Source of the DNA: an uncultured Leptospiraceae bacterium
Lineage (GTDB): Bacteria; Spirochaetota; UBA4802; JAGODF01
Assembly (NCBI GenBank): GCA_964627815.1
Contig: CAZVKE010000002.1
Span: forward strand, 272,123 to 336,122
Reading direction: 5' to 3'
DNA: 64,000 bases
In this document: in pieces, positions 9,325 through 18,527 of the stretch
Numbering within the stretch: the first letter of the stretch is position 1
Layout: every line of letters begins with the position of its first letter
The notes under the pieces: model-generated
Databases searched by the model: none
Told to the model about the DNA's origin: nothing
Seen by the model: only the letters and a program-made list of their open reading frames with translations
Position numbers and translations under genes: made by a program

Positions 9325-10218
9325 TCAGCGTGAAGGGGCCATCGAGGAGGGCGTGCACAGGATAAAATCGGCCCTTCCCCTGTGTGATTCCTCAAGGGGG
9401 ACGATAGCGTCCTGGAAGACCGTTGAAATTGTTGCGATGGCCAGGTTTGCTTTTTTCTGCCGAAGGAAATAGACGATCCCCCCGTCGAAATCGCTGTGGT
9501 ATGCCCCGTTGATGTGAAAGAATTTTTTCCCGGGAGAAAGACCGGCAAGAATAAAATGAGCCATGGTTGCGTCCTTGACCGCCTGTGCTTCGACCAGGTG
9601 CGCGCCCGCGTGAATGGTGTCATCGCTCCTGAAGGGAAGCCGCGCGGAGAGGTCGCGGTATGATTTGAGCGAAGGTTCGAATGTGACTGGAAGCGGCGCG
9701 ATGTACCGCTTTGCTTCCGGCGAGAGCGCCTCAAGGGCGCCAGGCCCTTTTGAAAAAACCAGGGAGGCGTACCGCCGCGGAATGTTTGTCGCGATAAACG
9801 GGATCTTTTTGTCGCGGGAGAATTCCACGATGCGGCGGTAATCAGTATCGTAATTCGGCCAGGCGCGCGATTCCCGTTCGAACCGGTGCGCGGGAATGAG
9901 CCCTTCGAAGAATTCATTGATGATGATCTGTGTGTCGGCCTCGAACATCTCAGCGCCGAGGATTAAGTTCCCTTTTAGTCCGGCGTGGAGGTCGCGGACG
10001 ATCTCGTACTCAAACCAGTGGGAAATCGGGTTTTCATGGAGCTCCCCGAAAACAATCACATCGGCTCGCATGACACGATCCAGCATCGCCCCGTAGCTTG
10101 AAGGCACCCCGTCGCGGGTATATAATGTATAGGCATCCTTTTCGGCGCCGGAGGCGGGCAGGGCGCTCAAGGCGATAGAAAAAAAAGCCAGTACTGAAAA
10201 AGAAAAACGACCGCTCAT
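9325..10218 (-). CDS. ChaN/Tiki-family (haem-binding uptake, PF04187-like) periplasmic protein
   Basis: Signal peptide MSGRFSFSVLAFFSIALSALPASGA; ADVIVFGELHENP...ILGAEMFE matches the GE-H / EMF core of the ChaN/Tiki/TraB fold as I recall it. The start is taken at the Met giving the signal peptide. Confidence 0.6.
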   Translation of the reverse strand: MSGRFSFSVLAFFSIALSALPASGAEKDAYTLYTRDGVPSSYGAMLDRVMRADVIVFGELHENPISHWFEYEIVRDLHAGLKGNLILGAEMFEADTQIIINEFFEGLIPAHRFERESRAWPNYDTDYRRIVEFSRDKKIPFIATNIPRRYASLVFSKGPGALEALSPEAKRYIAPLPVTFEPSLKSYRDLSARLPFRSDDTIHAGAHLVEAQAVKDATMAHFILAGLSPGKKFFHINGAYHSDFDGGIVYFLRQKKANLAIATISTVFQDAIVPLEESHRGRADFILCTPSSMAPSR

Positions 10219-10307
10219 GACAATCACCTCGTGGCTCACCATCAATGAGCGGAATTTATTATAAAACCAGATCCTCTGACAATATTTTTTTGCGTTTAGA
10301 GGATTTT

Positions 10308-10496
10308 TTATCGGACTCTAACCGATACTTTAACCTCTTTGCTGCCATTTGTCGCAAGCATGCAGTTGAGGTAGGCCCTTGCCTCCGCCTCGCTTCTGTT
10401 TATTGCTTCAAGGTTAAGATTTTGAATTATATCGCCATTGGCCGAATTAACGCATTCAGTGTGAAATTTTTCAGGCGCTTCCCACAGTTCCCACAT
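10308..10496 (-). CDS. Small hypothetical protein (62 aa) in a low-GC segment
   Basis: ORF MWELWEAPEKFHTECVNSANGDIIQNLNLEAINRSEAEARAYLNCMLATNGSKEVKVSVRVR. It is preceded on the minus strand by TAAGGAGGATCATT-ATG, a perfect SD at about 6 nt spacing. GC is clearly lower than the surroundings. Confidence 0.6.
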   Translation of the reverse strand: MWELWEAPEKFHTECVNSANGDIIQNLNLEAINRSEAEARAYLNCMLATNGSKEVKVSVRVR

Positions 10497-10539
10497 AATG
10501 ATCCTCCTTAAATGAGCATTTTGTAATATAGAATTAAAT

Positions 10540-10568
10540 ATAATACTAAAATAGCTGGACGCAGTCAA
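10540..10568 (-). promoter_or_regulatory. Near-consensus sigma70 promoter (TTGACT-N17-TATTAT) for the small ORF
   Basis: The minus strand reads TTGACT (10568–10563), GCGTCCAGCTATTTTAG (17 nt), TATTAT (10545–10540). It lies about 40 nt upstream of the ATG at 10496. Confidence 0.55.
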
Positions 10569-10586
10569 CCGTCAGGCAATGAAATT

Positions 10587-11237
10587 TTAGTTTTTGTTGA
10601 GGGAGTTCCATTGGACTGCAGCTTTGGTGAGTTCGGCGGAGCTTTCAAGATTAAGCTTTTCTTTTATCTTTCTTCGATGGCTTTCGATGGTGTTGATGTT
10701 TAAGCTGAGTTTTCTTGCTATTTCACTCCGTTTATATCCTTTCCCGATGAGCTTGAAAATCTCAAGCTCCCGGTTGCTCAGAACGCTCGGGTAATCGTAC
10801 TCTTCGTTTGGCGCGGAGCCGTAAATGTGCTTCAGGGCTATTTTATTGGATATCTCGCTGCTGAGATAAAGGTTGCCCTGCATAACCGAACGGATTGCGG
10901 CGACGATGGTTTCGGATGCTTCTTCCTTGGCAATATACCCGCGGGCACCTGCCTTTATTGCGCGCTCGGCATACACGGTCCCGTCGTCCATCGAAATCAC
11001 GAGCGCCTTTATTTTGGGAAACCTTTCTTTTATCGCCTTAACGAGCTCTATGCCGTTGATATTGCCTTTCAACTCGATATCCACTATGACCAGGTCGGGA
11101 TGATGCGCGTTGATCAGGCGAAGAGCGGTATTGCCGTCTTCGGCCTCGCCGCATATTTCAATGTTGGCTTCGCCGGCGAGGATGCTTCTGATCCCTTTTC
11201 TTACTACGGGATGGTCGTCTACTAAAAGTATTTTCAT
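10587..11237 (-). CDS. NarL/FixJ-family response regulator (REC + LuxR-type HTH)
   Basis: MKILLVDDHPVVRKGIRSIL...DLVIVDIEL... is a receiver; the C-terminal LSNRELEIFKLIGKGYKRSEIARKLSLNINTIESHRRKIKEKL is a LuxR/GerE HTH. The start is taken at MKILLV (ATG complement ~11235–11237). Confidence 0.85.
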   Translation of the reverse strand: MKILLVDDHPVVRKGIRSILAGEANIEICGEAEDGNTALRLINAHHPDLVIVDIELKGNINGIELVKAIKERFPKIKALVISMDDGTVYAERAIKAGARGYIAKEEASETIVAAIRSVMQGNLYLSSEISNKIALKHIYGSAPNEEYDYPSVLSNRELEIFKLIGKGYKRSEIARKLSLNINTIESHRRKIKEKLNLESSAELTKAAVQWNSLNKN

Positions 11238-11357
11238 GACTCCTCGAATAGCCGCCGTAGAGATTGCCACGGTAGAAAAGACTCCAAATAATACTGCGAT
11301 TATCGATAATAGCATATCCCCGGAATTTGTCAATGACAGGAACGTGTTATATCTGTA

Positions 11358-13163
11358 TCACCCGGCAGGAAGAGAGGGGGAGGAGGAGTTGTTCTGTTTT
11401 ATTGATATTAAAAATCCGCCATCCTGATTGTTGGAAGTGGCGAAGTCGGCGCCGATGAGATTGGCGCGGTATCTCATCATGTCTGTTCCCATGCGGCGTG
11501 TCCCGCCGTTTTCCGGCGTTCCGTCGTCCCTGATCGAAAGCTCGATAAACAATCCGGTGTTCCTGATTGATATGAAAATGTTTTGCGCATTCCGGTCTTT
11601 CACCGCGCTGGTGATCCCTTCCTGGATGATACGGTAAAGCTGTGTCGCGATAAAGCTGCTGTCGATCCTGAGGTCGTCATCGACTTTGAGCTCGCAATTT
11701 ATGCCGAGCCTGGAGCGCATACCGGCGGCAAACTGATCAATCGCGACGATGAACCCTTCACCGGCGATGTCTTTCAACAGGAGCCCTTTTGAGAGCTCGC
11801 GGCACTGTACGGTGGCGTGTTTTACGAGTGCGGATATTTCATCCATTTCCCTGAGAGGGGCGCCCGGGATTTCGGCGATTTTCTTTGAAGCCGTGCGGGC
11901 GAGGAAGCTTATGCCGGTCAGTATCTGCCCGAGCACATCATGAAGCTCTCTGCCCATGTTCTGCCGCTCTCCCTCGCCGATGTCGAGTATCTCGCGCTCC
12001 ATGGTTTTCATCCGGTCCAGTATGGTGATCCGCTCGATTATTTCCTCCATGCGGGCCGATATTGCCGTGATCAGCGAATGCGCTTCCCGGCGCTCTTCGC
12101 GGACTGTGCTTGTATAATGAATGGTAATTGCCCCGCCGGGTGTGGTGTGCTTCTGTACGGGGGAAACGGGTACACCGTCCGGTTCCTGTCCGCGCCCGGC
12201 CGGATACTCTTTGCCGTTATATTCAATTCTGATCAGCGACAGCGGGGAGTCACTGAGTGTGTCGGCGATGATGCTGACCGCGCTCGAAAGAAATTCTTCC
12301 GTCGAATTGAAGTCGGATTCCGCGAGCTGTGTTATCCTGTAAATGCAGTCAAGTTCGGTAACCGTGCGGCTGAGGTCGAGACTTTTGCTCCTGATCTGCG
12401 TCTCGGCTTCTTTTATTCCGGAAATATCCTCCGCGATGAACTGATATTCGAACGGCTTTCCATCGCTGTCGTAAAGCGCCTGGCAGATCCATCGTTCCCA
12501 GTAGCGTGATTCTTCTTCCACTATTACAACTTCAAGGGTGTGAAGAGGCCTGCTGATCGTGAGCGATTCGAAAATTGCTTTCAATGCCGCGCCGTTGCCG
12601 CCATGTACGATGTCAAAGAAATTTGTGCCGATCAGCTCAGCTTCCTCCTTTCCAAGCCGGTTACGGTATTGCAGGTTTGTAAAAGTGATTTCACCCGTAT
12701 CGGGGAGGAAGCGGCACAGATACATGGGCATGTTCTCAACGATGCCGAGATAGCGCCGCTCGCTCTCTTTCAGCTTTCTGTCATAAATCGATTTGCTGTG
12801 GGATATTTCAATCGCCGCTTTGAGATTGTCGGGATTGACAGGTTTGAGAAGATAGCCGTACGGATTGGTTTGCGATATCCGCGCAAGGGTCGCAGAGTCG
12901 GAGTAGGCCGTGAGGTAAATTACCGGAATGTTGAAGCGTTTCTTTATTTCGGCCGCCGCGTCGATCCCGTCGACCTCTCCGAACAGCTTGACGTCCATTA
13001 AAATGACATCGGGCATTGTCTCGAGAACGGCCTGTATGGCGTCCTCACCCGATTTCGGGTTTCCCGCGACCTCGTATCCGGACCTGCCGAGTATGGTCCC
13101 TATGTGGTAGGCGGTAATAAACTCATCTTCGACGATCAGGATTTTCAGCGGTTTGTTGGCCAT
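11358..13163 (-). CDS. Hybrid sensor kinase: N-terminal receiver, PAS, HisKA_3 (NarX/DegS-type) dimerisation domain, HATPase
   Basis: MANKPLKILIVEDEFITA...ILMDVKLFGEVDGIDAA is REC; the central region is PAS-like; ERQNMGRELHDVLGQILTGISF is an H-box of the HisKA_3 type; the C-terminus is a Gly-rich ATPase lid. It sits in an operon with the LuxR response regulator. Confidence 0.8.
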   Translation of the reverse strand: MANKPLKILIVEDEFITAYHIGTILGRSGYEVAGNPKSGEDAIQAVLETMPDVILMDVKLFGEVDGIDAAAEIKKRFNIPVIYLTAYSDSATLARISQTNPYGYLLKPVNPDNLKAAIEISHSKSIYDRKLKESERRYLGIVENMPMYLCRFLPDTGEITFTNLQYRNRLGKEEAELIGTNFFDIVHGGNGAALKAIFESLTISRPLHTLEVVIVEEESRYWERWICQALYDSDGKPFEYQFIAEDISGIKEAETQIRSKSLDLSRTVTELDCIYRITQLAESDFNSTEEFLSSAVSIIADTLSDSPLSLIRIEYNGKEYPAGRGQEPDGVPVSPVQKHTTPGGAITIHYTSTVREERREAHSLITAISARMEEIIERITILDRMKTMEREILDIGEGERQNMGRELHDVLGQILTGISFLARTASKKIAEIPGAPLREMDEISALVKHATVQCRELSKGLLLKDIAGEGFIVAIDQFAAGMRSRLGINCELKVDDDLRIDSSFIATQLYRIIQEGITSAVKDRNAQNIFISIRNTGLFIELSIRDDGTPENGGTRRMGTDMMRYRANLIGADFATSNNQDGGFLISIKQNNSSSPSLPAG

Positions 13164-13371
13164 CGCTCCGCAAGCCCTTCGTTTGTCGCCTCTGCCTGGA
13201 ATGCCGTATCTTCCCGATTCAATCGGGATACGGATTTAAATAAAAGTCAAACAAAAATGGCTGTTGAAGTGTTCAATAATTTTCTTGCATCATTCGGGCA
13301 AGCGTGTATCATCGATCGTGTCGGAATCTGTCAGCGCATGTTTGAGAGGTGGTGTCTTGGAAAAGCAGGAC

Positions 13372-15594
13372 ATGGCTTTGATCTATCAGGGGATGTCGAA
13401 GGATGATCTGGTTCGTGAGATCATGATGCTCAGGGGGCGTCTTGAAGAAGGCGGACTCCCCTCCATTCCGGCGCTGGCGCTTGAGTTTCACCTGGCCATG
13501 GTCGATTACCTGATAGATTACCTCATCGGTGACGCGCCGCTTCTGGTGGTAGTCCTTGATGCGGCGGGAAAGATTGTCCGGATTAACGGTCATTTTGAAA
13601 ATGTGACCGGCCGGCAAGCGGCCGGGGTGATCGGGCAGGAGTATCAACCGCTTTTTGTGCCTCCTGAGGGCGTGGATGCGTTCGAGCATCTGATGAATTG
13701 CGCCCGGGAGGGCCGCGGCTCGGAGCGCGGCAGGTGGCCGGTTGTCGACGTGCGCGGCAGGGTGAGCCGTGTGGAATGGTACAACAAGATTTTGAACGGT
13801 GCAAACGGTGTTTTCGCCGGTATCCTTTCGATCGGGATGGATGTTACCGACAGGCAGTTGATGGAGGAGACCCTGCTCCTGACAAAAACATCGCTTGATC
13901 AGCTCACCGATGAGATCTACTGGGTCACTCCGGAAGCGGTGTTCGATTATGTCAATGAGCAGGCGTGCAGAGCGCTCGGATTCTCGAAAGATGAACTGCT
14001 TTCAATGAGGGTAGGCGATGTCGCCCTGAAGTATGACATTGAGGCATGGAACGATTTGTGGCAACGGCTGAAGCGTGACCGGCACCTGATGATCGAGACG
14101 GTCCACCGCAGAAAAGACGGCCGCGTCTATCCTGTCGAAATATCGGTAAACTATGTCAATATTGATGGAAAGGAGTATAATTTCGCCTTTGCCCGTGATA
14201 TTACTGCAAGAAAAAAAATAGGGGAGCTCCTGCACCTGACACAGCAGGCCGTTGACAGCGCAATGGATGAGGCGTACTGGATACTGCCGGACGGGAGTTT
14301 TTTCTATGTCAATGAAAGGGCGTGCGAATCGCTCGGATATTCGAAGCAGGAGCTCTCGTCTCTTACGCTGTTTGATGTTGCGGTGGGGTTTGAGCCGGCG
14401 CTCTGGGACCGCCACTGGAATGTGCTGAAAAAAGCGAAACATATCGCGTTCGAGGGCGAGCAGAGGAGAAAAGACGGCAGCACCTATCCCGTAGATGTGA
14501 CAATCAGCTTCAGGAGCGTTGAGGGGCGGGATTTCTGCTTCGCGTTTATGCGCGATATCTCGCTCAGGAAAAAAGTCGAAACTGAACTCAGGGACTCGGA
14601 ATTGCGGTACCGCACGCTTTTCGACATCTCTCCTGTCGGGATCAGCCTGGCCAGCAGGGAGGGTCGGATACTGCACTGCAATGAGCTGATAAGCCGGATA
14701 CTGGGCTATTCCCAGGAAGAGCTGCTCGGCATCAACGCGCGGGAGTTGTACGCGAATCCTGACGACAGGGACGATGTGTTCCGGATACTCGCCCGCGAAG
14801 GAATGGTGAGGGATTTCGAAGTGAAGCTCAGACGCAAGGGAGGCGAAATCATTATCGCCAACATGAACGTCAAGGAAACTTTTATTGCCGGATCGACAGG
14901 GGACCTTGTTCTGGTAATTATTCAGGACGTGACAGAGAGGAAGCGGCACGAGGAGCGGCTCGTCGCGTCACTCAGGGAGAAGGAAATACTTCTGCGCGAA
15001 ATAAATCACCGCGTCAAAAACAACATGCAGATCATCGTGAGCCTGCTCGGCATACAGTCCGACCGACTGAAGCATGATGGGGCGGGCGAGGCGTTTGCCG
15101 ATTGCACCAGAAGGGTGCAGACCATGGCGCTGGTGCACGAGATGCTGTACAAGTCGAGCGATTTTACAATGATTAATTTCAGGAATTATCTTGAGTCGCT
15201 GATACGGCAGTTTGCGGCATCAAGCATGATTCGTGAGGGGATCGGGGTCAAGTGCAATGTGGGGGATGTGGCGCTTGGAATCGATGTGGCGATTCCCTGC
15301 GGACTTATTGTGAACGAACTGCTGTCGAATGCGGTGCGCCACGCGTTTCCGGATAATGCGTCCGGTATGATTTTTATCTCGCTCCAGAAGGTCGGGGATG
15401 ACGGATATGAGCTTGTCGTGCGCGACAATGGAAAGGGGATCGGGCAGGCGGCGGCCGCAAGGAAAGATTCACTCGGCTTGAAGCTGGTCGAAGGGCTTGC
15501 CGGTCAGATAGGCGCGGAAGTGGTCGTACGCGAAGAGGCAGGTACCGAGTATCGTATTATGTTCCGGTACGACGGCCCGAAGAGAAGCGGATAA
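13372..15594 (+). CDS. Multi-PAS sensor histidine kinase, HisKA_2/HWE type
   Basis: It has at least 3–4 PAS/PAC repeats (recurring ...RRKDG..YPV...F.F.RDI(T/S).RKK). EINHRVKNNMQIIVSLLGIQS is a HisKA_2 H-box, followed by HATPase_c. The start is uncertain: it could be ATG 13372, an upstream TTG ~13351, or the ORF-track ATG at 13264. Confidence 0.8.
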   Translation: MALIYQGMSKDDLVREIMMLRGRLEEGGLPSIPALALEFHLAMVDYLIDYLIGDAPLLVVVLDAAGKIVRINGHFENVTGRQAAGVIGQEYQPLFVPPEGVDAFEHLMNCAREGRGSERGRWPVVDVRGRVSRVEWYNKILNGANGVFAGILSIGMDVTDRQLMEETLLLTKTSLDQLTDEIYWVTPEAVFDYVNEQACRALGFSKDELLSMRVGDVALKYDIEAWNDLWQRLKRDRHLMIETVHRRKDGRVYPVEISVNYVNIDGKEYNFAFARDITARKKIGELLHLTQQAVDSAMDEAYWILPDGSFFYVNERACESLGYSKQELSSLTLFDVAVGFEPALWDRHWNVLKKAKHIAFEGEQRRKDGSTYPVDVTISFRSVEGRDFCFAFMRDISLRKKVETELRDSELRYRTLFDISPVGISLASREGRILHCNELISRILGYSQEELLGINARELYANPDDRDDVFRILAREGMVRDFEVKLRRKGGEIIIANMNVKETFIAGSTGDLVLVIIQDVTERKRHEERLVASLREKEILLREINHRVKNNMQIIVSLLGIQSDRLKHDGAGEAFADCTRRVQTMALVHEMLYKSSDFTMINFRNYLESLIRQFAASSMIREGIGVKCNVGDVALGIDVAIPCGLIVNELLSNAVRHAFPDNASGMIFISLQKVGDDGYELVVRDNGKGIGQAAAARKDSLGLKLVEGLAGQIGAEVVVREEAGTEYRIMFRYDGPKRSG

Positions 15595-15599
15595 TCCCC

Positions 15600-18146
15600 C
15601 TATTTGAGCAGTTCGTCGCCTACATGGTCCAGCACTGAACCGCCCCTGCGCTTTTTTTGATTCATGTTTTTCCGTATCGCGTCACGCTGCCCCTGGATAA
15701 TGTTGGCCGTCGGCTCCTTTTCCGTCAGGCGCACGCTCTGCTGGAACCCCTGGCAGGTGGTGCACGTCTCCCGGGGGGCGGTTCCCGGCTGGAACACTTC
15801 ACTGATAACCTGGCGGCAGCTTCCCGAGGGATTGAGCCCTGAACGCGAACAGACACGGTGTTCCTCGAGCTGGGCGTATCCGGGGAACCCCTGAACCGGC
15901 GTTCCCTGGAGCGCGAGCCTCATATACTCTCCCCACGCGGGCGCCGCGACACCGGCTGCGGCCTGACCGACGCCAAGCGACATGCCCAGGCTGTCGTATC
16001 CCATCCACACGCAGGTGGTGATTTCAGGCGAGAACCCGACAAACCATGCATCGCGCCAGTTATTGGTGGTGCCGGTTTTCCCCGCAGCAGGGCGGCCCGG
16101 GTAGGCGGCGCGGGCGGTTCCTTCGTTGATGACCGACTGCAGCATGCTGATCATGAGCTGGCAGGTCGACGGATGCAGGATCTGGATCGTGCCTTTGTCC
16201 TCCTCGTCCTTGAGCTGTTTCTGGACCTGCTCTTCCTGGTTTTCGAGTATTTTGCCGCTGCGGTCCTTGATGTTGCGTATCGAGAAGGGGATCACGTCTT
16301 TGCCGCCGTTGGCGATGATGGCGTACGCGCGCGCGAGCTCGAACGGCGTTACCTCGAATGAGCCGATAGCGATGGACAGGTTCCGGGGGATGCGCGCCTG
16401 TGTTTCATTCGGGGCGATTTTCAGGAGTTTGCCGAAATACTGGATAACCGTGTCAATGCCGAGCGCTTCGGCGATGCGTATCGAAATTACGTTGATCGAC
16501 TGGGCGAGCGCCATGCGCAGCCGCACCAGCCCCTGGTACTGGCTGTGGTAGTTTTCCGGTATCCAGTCGCCGCCGTCGCGGTTGAAGTAGACCAGCGGCG
16601 AGTCAAACAGGGCCGATGCCGGCGAGAACTTGCCGGTATCGAACGCCGCGGCATAGAGAAGCGGCTTGATCGCCGAGCCCGGCTGGCGCTTTGCCTGAGT
16701 TGCGCGGTTGAGCTGGTTGATGCTGGTGAATTCGCTTCCGCCCACCATCGCCACGATGAACCCGTTGTGGTGGTCGATGGATATCAGGCACCCCTCGACT
16801 TTCTGCGTTTCGCTCGTTTCACCCGATGCCTTCCGGTAATCGTCGAACAGCGTGCCGATGTTGTTGGTGCCGAAGAGAAAGTTTACGAGCTCGATCTCCT
16901 CGATGGCGTGTTCTTTAATGTAGTTGTTTACCTTGGCGCTTTCCCTCGAACCTGTCTTGCTGAACTGGCTGATGTCGAAGAGGAGCGAAAACGTTTCGAC
17001 GGGATCGGTGAAGTTGTCGACAAAATAATCGGCGTTGCGGAACTGCATCGTTCCCGATATCGCCGACTGCCGGCTGAGCGCCTCGGTCATCACGCGCTGG
17101 GCCGCAAGCTGTTTTTTCAGATCGAGCGTGGTGTAGACGAGAAGCCCCTTTTCGTAGACCATCTCTTCGCCGTATTTTTTGATAAGCGTGCGCCTGATGT
17201 GCTCGGTGAACCAGGGCGCAAGGTCGTGGCGAGCCGCCCAGGCGTTATAGGACGGCGGCAGATCGTTGATATAATTGAGGTAGTCCGGCCAGAACTCGGC
17301 GTAGGCCCTCTCGGCGTCCGGGATGCTGATATATCCGAGCTCGACCATTTTGGCGAGCACCAGCTTATGGCGCTCCATGGCGATATGGGGGTGGCGGATG
17401 GGTGAGAACCGGTTCGGCGCTGAAGGCAGCGACGCCAGGAGCGCGCATTCCGCGAGGTTGAGCTCCCAGACGTGCTTCTGGAAATAGAACTGGGACGCCG
17501 ATTCGACCCCGTAGGTGCCGTGGCCGAGGAATATCTGGTTCAGGTAGAATCCCATGATGTCGTCTTTCTTGAATGACATCTCCATCATGAGGGCGATAAA
17601 GGCCTCTTTGATTTTGCGGTAGATGCTGCGCTCGCTTGTGGTGAGCAGGATCTTCGCCAGCTGCTGGGTGATGGTGCTTCCCCCCTGGCGGATTCTGCCC
17701 GAATAAATATTAATGAAAAAGGCGCGGACTATCCCCTTGACGTTGATTCCCGAGTGGTCGTAGAACTCGTTGTCCTCCATGGCGATGACGGCGTTAATGA
17801 GGTTTCGCGGTATGCGGTTGAGCGGCACGACATCGCGCTTCTGCCTGAAAAGCTCTGATACGAGTTCCCCGTTCTGGTCGAAAATCTTTGTGGTGATATT
17901 GGGCTGGAAATTGGCGAGCCCCTTGACGCGGTAAAAATCGATGATGATGATCACAAAAAACGCGATGATGAGTCCGGCGATGACGCCGAGCACGAGCGCG
18001 CGGGAGCTCTGATAGCGGGCGCGCAGCCCTCCCAGTGTATCCATCAGGCGGTCTATCGCCCCTGATCCGGTGATCGATGATCCGAATCCGGAACCGCCCC
18101 TGCCGGGTCTGGTTAATCTGGTGTTATGCCCGCCGTATCTTCCCAC
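15600..18146 (-). CDS. mrcA: Penicillin-binding protein 1A (bifunctional transglycosylase/transpeptidase)
   Basis: Glycosyltransferase-51 motifs (EDNEFYDHSGIN, RQGGSTITQQLAK) and transpeptidase motifs (SAIKPL, SINV, KTGTT). N-terminal TM anchor. Confidence 0.9.
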   Translation of the reverse strand: MGRYGGHNTRLTRPGRGGSGFGSSITGSGAIDRLMDTLGGLRARYQSSRALVLGVIAGLIIAFFVIIIIDFYRVKGLANFQPNITTKIFDQNGELVSELFRQKRDVVPLNRIPRNLINAVIAMEDNEFYDHSGINVKGIVRAFFINIYSGRIRQGGSTITQQLAKILLTTSERSIYRKIKEAFIALMMEMSFKKDDIMGFYLNQIFLGHGTYGVESASQFYFQKHVWELNLAECALLASLPSAPNRFSPIRHPHIAMERHKLVLAKMVELGYISIPDAERAYAEFWPDYLNYINDLPPSYNAWAARHDLAPWFTEHIRRTLIKKYGEEMVYEKGLLVYTTLDLKKQLAAQRVMTEALSRQSAISGTMQFRNADYFVDNFTDPVETFSLLFDISQFSKTGSRESAKVNNYIKEHAIEEIELVNFLFGTNNIGTLFDDYRKASGETSETQKVEGCLISIDHHNGFIVAMVGGSEFTSINQLNRATQAKRQPGSAIKPLLYAAAFDTGKFSPASALFDSPLVYFNRDGGDWIPENYHSQYQGLVRLRMALAQSINVISIRIAEALGIDTVIQYFGKLLKIAPNETQARIPRNLSIAIGSFEVTPFELARAYAIIANGGKDVIPFSIRNIKDRSGKILENQEEQVQKQLKDEEDKGTIQILHPSTCQLMISMLQSVINEGTARAAYPGRPAAGKTGTTNNWRDAWFVGFSPEITTCVWMGYDSLGMSLGVGQAAAGVAAPAWGEYMRLALQGTPVQGFPGYAQLEEHRVCSRSGLNPSGSCRQVISEVFQPGTAPRETCTTCQGFQQSVRLTEKEPTANIIQGQRDAIRKNMNQKKRRGGSVLDHVGDELLK

Positions 18147-18471
18147 TTTTCAAGCCTTCAATTTCATGATTCGATTCTGCGCCTGTTTTCCGTAAACGCA
18201 TGCAGTCTACAATATCAGGGAAGGGGATATGGCAACTGTTTTTTTTCAACTTTACCGGCGATTTTTCCTCCAGGGTTTTGGCCCGGTTGCGGCTTGAACG
18301 GTGAATTCGTGGGGCGGAACGAGCTGTATCCGGCCTGAAAATAAAAAAATTTTTCAAAATCAATAATTTTAAAAAACAATAATAAGAGCATCATATTTGA
18401 ACATAATTGCCAATAATCATTTATAAATCCCAAAAAACCGATATAAAAGGTCTTAGATGAATCGCGAAATG

Positions 18472-18500
18472 TGACGAATGTTTACTGATGATATTATAAT
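18472..18500 (+). promoter_or_regulatory. Candidate sigma70-like promoter for flaB (TGACGA-N17-TATAAT)
   Basis: TATAAT at 18495–18500 sits in an AT-rich stretch, with TGACGA 17 nt upstream. A partial sigma28 −10-like CCGATAT lies at ~18438–18444 but has no well-spaced TAAA. Confidence 0.35.
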
Positions 18501-18505
18501 CATTA

Positions 18506-18527
18506 TTGCTACCACGGAAGGTAGCAA
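18506..18527 (+). promoter_or_regulatory. 5'-UTR stem-loop presenting GGA in the loop, upstream of the flaB SD
   Basis: TTGCTACC-acggaa-GGTAGCAA is a perfect 8-bp inverted repeat. The loop contains GGA, and a second GGA lies in the SD AAGGAGGAAG at 18535–18544. Confidence 0.5.

Noticed and set aside
14002-14949. 315-aa minus-strand ORF inside the multi-PAS kinase
   Set aside because: It is antisense to a conserved PAS/HisKA_2 coding region and has no motifs or RBS, so it is a high-GC artefact.
18418-18445. Sigma28 (FliA) promoter for flaB
   Set aside because: A −10-like CCGATAT is present at ~18438–18444, but no TAAA lies at the required ~15-nt spacing. I kept only the sigma70-like TATAAT candidate.
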